Source: Hydrolagus colliei
Taxonomy: Eukaryota
Reading direction: 5' to 3'
Length of the DNA: 64,000 nucleotides
Assembly: GCA_035084275.1 (NCBI GenBank)
Contig: CM068753.1
Span: forward strand, 13,826,001-13,890,000
Shown: one piece after another, positions 36,463 to 48,943 of the stretch
How the letters are laid out: each line of letters starts with the position of its first letter
Numbering within the stretch: position 1 is the stretch's first letter
Notes under the pieces: model-generated
What the model was told of the DNA's origin: nothing
The model's input: the letters and a program-made list of their open reading frames with translations, nothing else
Databases searched by the model: none
Made by a program: the position numbers and the translations under genes

Positions 36463-37685
36463 TAGAAAGTTTCCAGACAATAACCAGATTGCGTTTTGAA
36501 GGTATTTGACTAAATCAACACAACATGTGTAGATCACTGGTGGAATGTGTGCATATTTGCAGTTTTTAGACACCACGCATTTGGAATAACATCAAAGCAT
36601 TAGAAAGAATTGGGAATGATTCAGAATTAAATTTCCATCAAAAACATTCTTCCCAGAATAGACTTTTTCATTTATTGGAAAGGAAAATGGATGATACGTA
36701 AGATGTAAACCAGCAATTTGACTTAGACAGTTGGAGTGAACCTGGAGAGCATAGGTTTCACATGGGGTGGAGGTCCTGAACAGAACTGGAAATTAACATG
36801 TTCTAAAATTGTTGCCACACAAGTAGAACAAACCCACACCAATATCAGTAAATAGTGTAAGAATTTTAAAGAATGAACTCTTTTAAAATAAATAGATAGA
36901 TAATTTCTCTGAAACATTCTTGAGGGATACAGAAATAGATGCAGATTGAGATGAACAAATACTTCATGGGAAACGATTGGTTTATAACAACCTCTCTGCC
37001 TTAACTACTGTCATCCTCTTTTGGGAAAATGAATTTCTGAAATTATGGTGTAAAGAAACTTCAATGCATATTTACTGCCTATTTATATTTGATTGCCTCT
37101 GTTCTCCCCATTCTCTTGAGGATCATGATTGTAGCGTCGAGCTGCGTAATCATGTGGGTCAAGCTGAGCATCTATCAACAGCTTTTATATTTGAGGCTTG
37201 GTATGTTTCTTCCTAGACATTTATCAGCAAGCACAATTTTCCACTTTACCTACATACCTACATGCTCTCATATTATAGAAGATACTGCTACAGAATTGAA
37301 AATTAGGTTTCCAAAAACCTATGATTTAGTAAATATGTAACTGAATGAGAATTGACTAGCAGATGTGAAATTTAGTGTTAAATGCCTGTCAACACTGGGG
37401 TTCTCCCACGTTTCAGTTTAATTCAACTGTTGTTTCATATCAGTCAAGTGGTCCATCGCCACATAAAGCATACAGGAAAAGCAAAATGTTCGCTAAAGGT
37501 TTTATTTGAAAATGTTTTATGTTGTTTGATGTTATGGAAGATCAGTGAAAGAATCTTGTGGGACATTGGATGGGTAATCTAAAAGGATGATACTTGCATT
37601 ACTGATGGGGTTACTCAGAAAAGCATATTCTTGAGATGAAATAGGATCATTATGGGTTTAAAGAAATTGTTTAGATTTCATATTA

Positions 37686-38013
37686 CCTTCTTTTCATGAA
37701 AAGAAGCTGCTTCTGCAGGTACAAACATATTTGCATGTGTAACATTCATCAGGGTTGAATGTTCAGTGGGAATATTGTGATCCAGTTGAAATGAAGTGGA
37801 ATCTAGGATTCTCTGCAAGTGTACTGTAGCTTTCTCCGTCTTGTAACCCAACAAGCAAATGTTGCGAAGATGTGTGGTTTTGTTGGAAGTCAGCAATATA
37901 ATTTCACAATTTATTATTGAACCTTTAAAAGCAGGCAGGAAGTGGTCTGATGAATGGTACACATGCAAATGTGTCGGTACCTGTAGAAGCATCTTCTTTT
38001 CATGAAAAGAAAG
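37686..38013. mobile_element. MITE with ~67-bp TIRs and TA flanks (Tc1/mariner-like target)
   Basis: 37686-37752 and 37947-38013 are reverse complements at about 90% identity. TA occurs on both sides (37684-85, 38014-15). Confidence 0.8.
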
Positions 38014-38509
38014 TACAGTACAGTAATACTAAAGAAGTGTAATTTTGGTGTTGTTGTCATCAAATGGCCCCATAGAAATCACCAATTGCATATTATTGTG
38101 GTGTAACTACAATGTGTAGTTTTCTAAAGGGCAAGTACACTAACACCCAAACTGTTCTACATATTAAAATAACAAATCTTATAGGTTTATTTATATCTTA
38201 ATAAAAAATAACTAGATAGCATTTCAATCTTTATGTAAACTAAACAACTCTGGTGTATACAAACAGCAGATAACATGTTTCTATAATTAAATGATCTTCG
38301 CAACATACTTTTCCGCAGTCATTATAGTTTTTTTCAGTCAGATCCACAATTTCAGGAGACTACAGTATTTACCAAACTTTTGAGTATGTCATTAAATTTG
38401 TTTACACTTTTCAGTGTGTCAATAAAATTATTGAGACCTCAATCTAGAAACCACAAAACGAGTGTGTCATCTGGCATACAATTGGCTTTCTGTGGATGAC
38501 TTTGTCAAA

Positions 38510-39300
38510 GATCCCTGGGGTACATCACAGATGACTGTGTGGGGGCGGGATAAGAAACCGTTTGAAAAGATAAAATGAAGGCGGATTGTTAGATAGGACT
38601 CAAACCAGGCTAATGCAGTCCCACTGAGGTGGATGAGGAAGGGGAAGCAGTGGATGAGGATGGTGTGGTCAATTGTGTCGAACCCACGGAGAGGTCCAGG
38701 AGGATGAGGAGGCAAAGAGAGAGACCATTGTTTCTGATCTTGACAAGCACCATCTTTGTGCTGTGAGTAAGGCAGAGACCAGACTGGCGGGGCTTGAGGC
38801 GGGAGTGGAGGCAGAGGTGAGAGCAAAGCTGGTTAGCAACAACGTATTCCAGAGCTTTGGCAAGGAAGGCAAATTGGAAATCGGATGGTTATTTGTGATG
38901 TTGGGTGAATGGTGGGTTTTTTGAGGAGTGGACGATGATTGATTTTAAGGGGAGAAGGACAGAATCTGAGGAGAGCGACTAGTTGACCCATTATATAGTG
39001 GGAAAGGAGGGGGATGGGGTCGAGATAACAAGTAGTGGGTTTCATCTGCAAGATTGTGGTTGAGAAGGAGAGGGGAGTAATTGGGGCAAAGGAGTGTTGA
39101 AAGAGGGGAAGAGGTAATGGCCGTGAAGGAAGGAGGGGATGGTGTAGACTGTCTGGGGTGTGCGGAAAGGGTCGTGGGGACGGAGGATGTAGCCAAGCGG
39201 ATATTTTCAATTTTGACCTAGAGAAGTCTGGGACCTCTTCACACTTGTTGTTTGAAGTGAGAATGGAGACAGCTTGGTGGCGTGCTCTGAGGAGGTAATG
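38510..39300 (-). mobile_element. L2 ORF2 fragment
   Basis: Peptides MKPTTCYLDPIP, PLLKKPT and FDTIDHTILIH...LSGTALAWFESYLT.R.....NGFLS....CDVPQGS. Confidence 0.88.
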
Positions 39301-39582
39301 CATGGTGCAGAACAGTGCCTCTGGGTTGTTTTTGGTTACTGAAATGTTTTGGATTAAATGGCAGTTTTGGCCTGTGAAAGGGAGAGATGGTAGTTGTGTA
39401 GATCCTCAAGCCCAAGCTGGAGTTGGATGGTGGGGCAGAATGGGACATGTAAGGATCTGTGCTTCACTAAGATGGGCTGGAGAAGATGGTACAAAACCTG
39501 ATGTTTGTCCATAGTCTTCAACCCGATGAATGCAAATATAAGACTTGTTTATGTTAGTACCCCTGTTATTCATGTGAGTAAC

Positions 39583-40115
39583 TGTCGTGGAATAACTCAC
39601 AAAGAGATCAGGTTATTCGTGTAAAGCACAAACAGTCATTTAATATACTAACGGCCGAAAGGAGAAATACCCTCACAGGTCAGATACCCGAGTTGGTACT
39701 TCTAAGGAACTAACAGAAATACAATAGTTTATATCTTATTCTTTTGCACAGTAGTATAAGTTCCTTTAACCAATTACAGCAATCCACCTAATCAATAAAA
39801 GTGAATGTGGGAAGAGAGTTGAACTCTATTTACATTAGCCATGGGGTGCAAAAAGGGCAGCATCTGTTAAAACAGAACTAGACAACCACAAGTTGCTAAC
39901 TGATAGATTACAATTTTCAAAGAAAGAAGTAAATTTAATGATCAGGCATACACTGAAGCAATTGATTACCTAATACAATAACAAGCAGGGAATGTCTAAT
40001 CTAAACAAGTCTAATCTAAACAATTTCTAAGGGAGACTTAAGAAACAGCTAACAATGTCCAGGGGAAACTAAGAAACAGCTAACATGGTTTCTGATTTTT
40101 AACATGGTTTCCACA
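39583..40115 (-). mobile_element. Solo LTR (533 bp) with 4-bp TSD
   Basis: TAAC|TGTCGTGGAA ... TTTCCACA|TAAC: TG...CA ends with short inverted termini. On the minus strand a TATAAA (about 39728-33) lies about 90 nt upstream of ATTAAA (about 39638-43). Short tandem duplications occur in the U3-like part. Confidence 0.72.
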
Positions 40116-43004
40116 TAACTGTTAAAACATAAAATGCATCAGAGCATGGTTCTGCAATTCCATTATTTGCCATAGACTTTTGATAAATGTAAATGAAACA
40201 CATTTATTTTACAGTGATACAAAGGTGTAAGCAATTGTATGATTATTGCAGCTTTATTAGAGTTTTAAATATAATCAGTTTCTTCATTACATGCCAGGTG
40301 TAACAACGCATCCTGTTGCTGCAAACATTGGGTAGTTCCGTTCCTTTGTCAGTCTCTTGGAATAGGTGTAACAAAGCCACTTAGAAAAAAAGCACTCAGC
40401 TGTAGATGACTTATCAGTCTGATCCAGTCCTTGCTCAAGAGAGGTTCCACATGTAAGTGAATGATCACATATGGTGAAATACAAAAAAAAAGTTGCGCCT
40501 TTTTAAACAAAGCAGGTGTCATTTCACACGATTGTTGTTTTGTAGCTAACCAGTGTAAAATATCATGGATAGCCAGTTGACATCAGGCTTTTATAAAATA
40601 AATGCACAGAACTGGCAAGTAATTGTCAGGAGTCTTAACAAATCAAAATCTAATTTTGGTAGCCTGACATTAATGTTCAGGTCACTTATTGTGTTGTAGG
40701 TTAGATACAATCCTAGCAGAATGACTAACTGTCCAACAGTGTTCTGTTGATTTATTGAAAATAAATTTGGCGATGCTTTAGTTAGAAACCAGAAAAAAAT
40801 GGCTTTGTTGTTTATTGCTAATTGTTTTAAAAATCAACAATGGATTAAATTTGATTTATGAGCACACTGTATTAGTTGAAAATACAATTGGGAGTTTTTA
40901 CGTTGAAGCTTTGACTGTCATTTTGAACCTAAATTTTGGTGTCCATCAAAATGTACCCTATATTTGACGGTGTCCATCTAAAGAACTCTCTCACCTGCAT
41001 TAAGAAATTAATTAAACGTCACTCAACTGGAGCAGAAGAGCTATGGGGAATGTCTGATTTACCCTCTGGCACAATAGTCAAATTCTGCACATTTTTGCGT
41101 CCTCTCAGCGACCAAGGGTGTCAAATTTGTGAGACGCTATCCTTGTTGTAGCGGACTGTGGTTCCACCCAGTTACGCTGCCTAACATGACAAAAAAGTAA
41201 AATTGGGTTTGGTTACTGTATATTTATACAGTGTTCGGTGAGCAAATCGCTGAATAAAGGTCATGTGAGCATTGTTCTGTTCGGCGGGGGAGAATGTTGG
41301 AACAGAAATTGTGATTATGCACACTCTGTATTTGAATGTACTGTACCACAGTAAAGGAAAGAGAATCGGCCTGTTCTACAACTCTTAAGAGGGAGCATGT
41401 CAAGCTAAATATACACACCTAGACTGCAATGTCAGAACGTGCTTGGCATGCATATAATAGGGATTATATAGAGATTTTGACAGAACACAGAAGAGCCAGA
41501 AATTAGACTGTTCGCTCTGTCTGAACTGAGGGCTTGCTGTGCAGGCAAGATGAGCACTGGGGATTTGGCAGGAGGTTCAGGTTTCACCTTGTTGCTATTT
41601 CACAGCTGTGTTGTAGATAATGGCAGAAAGGCCATCCCATAGAGAGACCTGTCCTTGGCTGTCATACAGTATGACTGAAGGCTTGCTTATTACCATTCTT
41701 ACGTGCCAGTTGTTAAGACAGACCAGTGGCAAACCACAAACTGAATATATCCCTTCACGACCATTTTAGTTTGAACCAAAATATAAATAAATGTATAGCT
41801 TATGGTATGGATGCTTACTTGCACTGATCTCCTTCTTTGATCCACAATAACAGCATACAGTTCTGTAGGAGGAAACCTTTCTTATTTTGGAACAGTTACT
41901 TAATTAATTCAAATTACATGACAAAAAAGTCAAATTGCGTTTGGTTACTGTATATTTATACAGTAATTAATTCTAATTCTTTATGTCCTTTGTGTGTTTG
42001 CCGCAACTCATGCAATAGTTTTGATTGGCCGACCATTATCAACCAAAAGATTCATGTTTTTAAATATGGCAATAAGGAGATGCTTTCGAAGTTATTAATG
42101 CCGTCAAGCTTTGCATTCAGTAGATGAATGAGAGAGATCGATAATGTCAATTATCAAAAATTAACTTGAGCAATACTAATTGCAGGCAACACCTCAGATA
42201 AATCTGTGACAATTACACAACAGCTACCACTATATATATAAATCTATTCTCTTCCCCACTCCCAATACTTCTTCCAATAGCCTATAGTGCAAAGGATGGC
42301 TGTTCATAGTAATTTAAATCTGAATGAATTCAAAGCAGTGTTATGGTTCTATTTATGTTTATATGCATAGTTGATGTGTCAGCCTGGTTCAGTTGGCACA
42401 ATACACCCAACACCAAATTGTATTGTGCCATATGTTCCAGTTGCAATTGTAACTGGATGATTTTGTTTATGCTAATAAACATAATAGCTTCTGTTTATTA
42501 GTCTTCACATTGATTTGTAGTTTGTAAACCAGACATCTGCTCACTTATTTAAAAGTAAAGAAATGAGCTGTTTACCCACTTAAGAAAATCATATACATCG
42601 CTAACCCAATCTGGTTTTATTTATATACAGTATTGTGGAAGCTCAAAAAGGAAATGAGGCTAAAGAGCTGATAGAGTTCTGGTCCCCTGCATTTTGGAGG
42701 AGATGTGAGGTTTGTACTTTCATCTTTAGCAAATTGTTTGCAAACGCTTAATGTACTTTTCAAAACAGACTAAAGATTATGTATGCTGATGTGTAGTAGT
42801 TTTAAACTGAGCTACTGTATTTGGATCTATTGGAATGTTTCCACATTTGTCCCGCACTGGTGGATTTAGACTCTAGTTACATGCATGATGTCCAATTGAA
42901 ATAAGTAGAGCTGTAGTTTTTGAACAAAAGTTATTGTACCTCATCTATATTTCAGAGCTGCTTCGACAAGAGGGCAGATTGATTGTCCTAGAACTTCCAA
43001 TACT

Positions 43005-43384
43005 GGAGTCCTATAGCGCAGTGTATATTCTGTAGCCATAATAATAAATAATAATAATAAGCTTAGTAATAAGTAACTCAGTGGTTAGAGCACTTGCCTA
43101 GCAAGTGAGAGGACCTAGATTTGATGGCAGGGCAAAAGATTAGGCAAGTTTCCTTACTCCACATACCTGTGTTTATCTAGCAATAAGTAATTCCTTATAA
43201 ACAGTTGTAAGTTGGACACTCAAGCAACAATTGTTTGTTGGACGCTGCTGTGTGCAATTCTCTGCTGCGTTTCACCCACAAAATATAGTCAATTCACATT
43301 ACAGTATATTCTGTGAAGCTCCTTGAGGCATCTCAGACATGTGATAAGGTGCTCTATCAAATGCAGGATTATCCTTATTATTAC
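43005..43384 (+). mobile_element. tRNA/Deu SINE variant, head interrupted by an insertion containing (TAA)n
   Basis: GGAGTCCTATAGCGCAGTG...(TAA)n...CTCAGTGGTTAGAGCAC, family body with an extra CTGTGTTTATCTAGCAATAAGT segment, and tail. Confidence 0.8.
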
Positions 43385-44189
43385 TGTGAAATTTCACTAC
43401 TGCTGAATTCTGCAGTAAAAGTAACACATCATTCGTAGAGGTCTGTGCAGGCCTGCAGTGTGAACTGAATTTATGACATGGTCGAGGCAAATGTAACTTG
43501 CTGGTGGAATGTAGTCAGAAAAAGACACACCTAAAGCCAGAAGAATATCCCCAAGCAGTTCTATTTACTTGTGGTACTGCTCCCTCTGGAATGCTGCAGT
43601 GTCGAGAGGGGTATTAGTCAACCAAAGACTGCATTACAGGGAGATGGCAATGAGACCTCAGTCTGAAATTGCATAAATATGAAGTCCTGCAATAGAGAGT
43701 CTTACTCATACCAATAACATTATTTGATTCTCAAAATGTTTTAGGAATAAGATCGTTGGATAGGAAAATATGTATTCTAAATTTGACACATTGAGTTTTC
43801 TTTACAGGAATACTAACCAAGAAGCTATGGAAACCGGAAACCTTTGCCGAGCAGTGAATTCTAAGTGAACATTACTGCTTTCATAATTGTAGTTCCCTTT
43901 TCAATGAAGGTGAATACAAATGTGCTTATATTAATTTTGTCGAGGCTGCAAGGGTGTGAGTTTTCAGTGATTCGGAATATACTGAGACTAGCGTGTATTC
44001 ACTGGAGTTAAATACAAGCAAATCAGAATCCTGATAAGGAAGTTTTGAACAAATTAAACATAAAAAAACTATTAAACAGTTGTGGTTACTGCTTCTGTTT
44101 GCAGTACATTACAGTCTAGGAAATATTTTATTCTATGGAGAAATAGCAGTATTGTCTCAGCATTTCTGTGCCGAGTAAGTTTTAAAAAA

Positions 44190-44578
44190 TAATTATAGAA
44201 ATACTTGCGTTTGATATAGTGCCTTATCATGTCTTTGAGACTTCTCAAACTGCTTCCAGAATATACTTCAAAGTGAATTGACTGTAAATTTTGTGGGTGA
44301 AACACAGCAGCCAATTGCGCACAGCAGTTTCCCACAAACAGTTGTGGATTATTATTAGACAGTGATCTTATTTTTTTGGGGGGATGGGATTATTACCACC
44401 AGAAAAGTGATCTGCCAATCGACTAACAACCGGGTTCCTACTTATAGCTAGGTAAACAGAGGTGTGTGGAGTAAGGAAACTGCTCAATATTTTGCCCTGC
44501 CCAGGAATCCACTCACTTGTGCCCAAGTCCTGTAACTTGTGAGGTGAGCGCTCGAACCAATATGCTACAGGGGCTCCA
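44190..44578 (-). mobile_element. tRNA/Deu SINE variant (longer subfamily)
   Basis: Reverse GGAGCCCCTGTAGCATATTGGTTCGAGCGCTCACC..., sharing the extra CCTCTGTTTACCTAGCTATAAGT segment with 43005-43384. Confidence 0.8.
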
Positions 44579-45019
44579 CAAATATCCACACTGAATTATA
44601 ACTACATTACGAATACTACCGTGCGATTAGTACATTAAATATTGCAATATTGTATATATAATACAATATTGGCTATACAGTGGTTATTCCAGAGATGTAT
44701 AATTTAAGATTAGATACGTTATTTTATAAGTTACTTTTAAGTTACTCATTTTTTTTCAGATTCCTATTCCTATCTCCGACGCCCAATCTGTCCTTATCGC
44801 TGATATTCTCTCTCACTCTCCCTATAATTCCTGTTAGTAATTTTGGAATTTACATTCTAAGAGAATTGTAGTACAGTATATAAGCAGTGGTCATTTTTGT
44901 AAATTGAGAAACCTGCTTATATGATGGGCCAAGTGATCTTCGCACATGATGCCAAGACCAAAAAAGCAGACAAGGGGGTGGGATAAATAATAATCCTTGC
45001 ACTTGATAGTATTTTAACG

Positions 45020-46610
45020 TTGAAACGCCCATCCACCGATGGTAGGGCAGGTCGGGTGGGGGACATAGAGCAGACCAGAGCCCACTGAATGGAGGGGGCG
45101 GGCAGGTTCATAGGGAGTCAGCAGGTCAGAGAGATAGGAGGGGGCAAGGCTGTGAATGGCCTTGAAAGTGAGGACGAGGATCATTAGTTCTATTCTCTCG
45201 GGGATGGGGAGCCAATGGAGCAGGGCAGGGGTGGGAGTGATGTGGTCGCGGAGCTTAGTGCGCGAGAGGACATGAGCTGCAGAGTTCTGGATATCCGTAG
45301 CTTGTGAACTGAAGAGCCAGGAAGGCAGACAAGGAGGGAGTTTCCATAGTCGAGCCTTGATGTGACAAATGCATGGACAAGGGTTTCAGCCTGAGGGGTG
45401 AGGCAGTGACGGAGTCCAGTAATGTTGTGGAGGTGGTGGAAGGCAATACTGGACATGGCACAGATGTGGGGGAGGACAGTTCAGGGTCAAACAAAACACC
45501 TAGGTTCCTGGCTGGTTTTGAGAGGTGGAGAATGCAGCCTTGGAAGCTGATGCTGACAGTCTTGCGGACGTTTAACTGGAGAAAGTTGTCCCTCGTCCAG
45601 GACTTGATGTCAGACAGGCAGGCAGTCAGGACGCTGGTATTCCTGAAATTGAGGGTGGAAACGGAAAGATAGAGTTGGGTGTCATCCGCATAAATGTGGA
45701 AATTTATCCATGTCTGTGGATGATGTCACCGAGGGGGAGTGTGTAGAGGGTGAAGAGGAGGGAACCAAGGACAGAGCCCTGAAGTACAGCACACAAGATG
45801 TTGTGGGGACTGGAGGAAAAGCCATTGGCGGACACAGTGGAGACAGTGTGAAAGATAGGATTGGAACCCGTCAAGGACAGAACCTTGAAGGTTGAGGTGG
45901 GAGGAGTGGCTGTGGAGGAGGATTCAGTGCTCCATGGTATCAAAGGCGGTAGATAGGTCGAGGAGGATGAGGATGCAGAGGGAGCCCATGTCAAAATGAT
46001 CAGGATATAATTTGTGACCTTGACCAGAACAGTTTTGAAGCCCAAATGGAGGGGCTTGTGGAGGGAGTGGGATGAGAGAAAGGAGCGAAGATGGGAGGCA
46101 ATGATTCTTTCAAGGACTTTTGACAGAAAAGGGAGATTGGAGATGGGCCAGTAACTTGACAGCTGTGACACATCAAGGGAAGGTTTCTTAAGGATGAGGG
46201 TGATAGTGGTTGTATTGAAGGGGGTGGGAATAATACTAATAATAATTCTTGCATTTGATAGAGCCCTATTCTAGATGTCTCAAAGCGCTTCACAGAATAT
46301 ACCGTAAAGTGAATTAACTGTATATTTGTGGGTGAAACGCGGCAGCCAATTACGCACAGCAGTGTCCCACAAATGGTTGTGGATTGAAATTTTGGAAGGA
46401 TTATTAGATGTGTGGAGTAAGGAAACTTGCCCAAGGTTTCAAGCTGACCTGCCTGGATTCGAAACACAGGCCTCATGCATAATGCCGGATGAAAGAGACA
46501 GGTTGATCGTGTCGGCAAGTAGTGGGGCAAGGAGGTGGAACTGGGAGGTAAGGAGAGGTGTGGGGATGGGGTCTAGTGTATTGATCATGTTTCTGTTGGC
46601 ATCCAGAGCA
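45020..46610 (-). mobile_element. L2 LINE ORF2 fragment (~1.3 kb) with a nested SINE
   Basis: Peptides LDPIPTPLL, YWPISNLPFLSKVLERII, LQGSVLGSLLFTLYTLPLGDIIHRHG, FHIYADDTQLY (45677-45702) and AETLVHAFVTSRLDYGNSLL. Confidence 0.92.
46230..46474 (-). mobile_element. tRNA/Deu SINE (5'-truncated) nested in L2
   Basis: Reverse family motifs from the B box (GTTTCGAATCCAGGC) to the tail. Confidence 0.88.
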
Positions 46611-48632
46611 GCTATTTTGCACTCGGCAAGGTCCCACAACCAACCATGATATGAATGATTAAATTATCTGGAAGATTGTTGCCTTAGAAATCAAGAAGTA
46701 TTAGTTGGGTTTTGGTGCTGTGTTTGTCTTACAGCACAGTAATATGCAAATGTTGCCTAGGAGGCAGTTATCAAACCTCCAAAAGTGGGTCATCAACCTG
46801 CCTCTGGAGAGAAGAGTACCCAGAACATTAAAGTAGACAGCTCCTTCTGCTGTTGGGTCCATTGGCTGTCTTTCTGGGGTTTATGCTCAGTTGTTTCATT
46901 GTTGCTTATGGTGTCTTCACATTTGAAAATAGGCTGATTCTACAGCAAAAGCAGCCTCCTGGCAAATTCAAACCCAGGTCTATTGAAGATGATCTGAAGC
47001 AGTGTGCAAAGTAAATCAAGGAATAAAAGCTTGCAGATTATTGGAGGGAGAGAAAGCTTGCAGTTGAGTACTGATAGTTTCATTGCCCTGAGGTTCTGGG
47101 ACAGGTTGATATTTATAGTAAAGCTGCTAGAACATTATTAGAACAAAATTAATAGGTAAAGTTTAAAATTTACACTTATTCAAAGGTGCTAGATAAAAAG
47201 TAATAATTTTGGAGCTAATCTGTTACTTGATTTTCTGGGATTTGTGTTGTTCAATGAAGCAATGCAAGGAGGATTAGTTTTTAATTGTTATATATGATAA
47301 TCTTCAAACTTCATATGAGTGCTGTTCTTAAAGCTAGTGGCTCAATTTAATCACTGCAAAATACTGGATACACAGTAGGTGCTAATGATGAGTCCTATTT
47401 ATGAGATTTAACTTCCAGTGATAGAGCTCGATTGTGTTCTTCAATGTTATTACGGAAATACCTGTTGGAAGAACTAACCTACTCTTCACAAGTGTTCTGC
47501 AAATAAATATGCAAGTAATATATAATTGTGCAATATATTGTACAGAATTATGTGAAAGCTCCATAGATATAAAGACCAATAGAACATGCAAGTTTGAAGA
47601 TTCCAATATAGATGGAATAGCTGGATTACACAAGTTGTCATTTTAGGTACAGTACCTGTTTTTAATGAGTTTGAGATCTGAGATGTGCTATGAGTTTTTG
47701 CCTGCTTTTGCACGCATGTTTAATTGTCATTCACTTAGGATAAAATTCCAACTAAACATTGGTACAGTGATTAATTTAAATGATAGACTCATGAATAATT
47801 TAATCAGATGGATTCAATCTTAGTCATTTCAGGTAACAGTGATGCCTTCATCCACAGAGGAGTTGTGTCACAAATTAATAATTATGAATGGTGGTGTCTA
47901 AACTCTACAACTGTTTTTCAATGTAACCACTTGATTGATATGTTGCACAGAGAACTAACACACTGGCCAGTAATATGGAGCACTGTAGCTAAAATTGCAC
48001 TTTCGCAAACTGATTAGGTTCAGATGATGTGCTTGTTATTTATCTACGACATTCAGAAAGGTGCATTCATAAGGGAAAGAGTGAAATGTTGCACTTTACT
48101 ATGAAGGGACGGATGTGCTCCCATTTTAGAAGCTCTTTCCAAAATGAATAAAGCTTCCTTTCAATTAATGTATCATTGTTGCTGTGTCATAAAACCCACT
48201 CAAAACCATAGTCTGGTTTTGTTCTCTCAAGATCTGCATCAATCAGTTGCATTGTTGTAGAAACTTTATTCATCAGGGAGAATTTATTTATCACATATAT
48301 CTATATATGAATGCCATCAGCATCATATAATGGGATGATTCACACTGAGCTATGACTGTTGCCAATCATGACTTCAGAAACAAGGAAGTGAAATATATAT
48401 GTGTCATGGAGTACAAATTCATCTTTTTGCCATAATACTATAATGTATTCTTACACTATTTTTAAGATTAAAGCTAAGTGTAGAAATTTTATTTGGTAGC
48501 CTCATGCACCTCAACACAATATCCATCTAAATGGCCGACACACACATTAAAGATAAACTGGGATAAACTGACCAGTCATATGGAGCACTATAGTGGTGTC
48601 CACATACTGACTTTCTCTAAACCTTTTATTTA

Positions 48633-48943
48633 TCCTGCAGCTCAGTGGTTAGAGCACTCGCCTTACAAGCGTGAGGATTGTGTTCGAATTCAGGCAGTTC
48701 AGGGCGAAACCTTGGGCAAATTTCCTTACTCCACACATCTAATAATAATCCCTCCAAAAAACCCCCACAATAATAAAAATCTGTCATTTCAATCCACGAC
48801 TGTTTGTGGGACACTGCTGTGAGCTGCCACATTTCGCCCACAAAATATACAGTCAATTCACTTTACAGTATATTCTGTGAAGTGCTTTGAGACATCTAGA
48901 AGATGTGTAAAGCACTATATCAAATGCAAGGATTATTATTATC
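48633..48943 (+). mobile_element. Full-length tRNA/Deu SINE
   Basis: CCTGCAGCTCAGTGGTTAGAGCACTCGCCTTACAAGCGTGAG...CAAATGCAAGGATTATTATT. Confidence 0.92.

Noticed and set aside
45020-46610. Possible active retrotransposon RT gene
   Set aside because: Truncated, frameshifted and interrupted by a SINE. No intact LINE ORF2 exists in the window.
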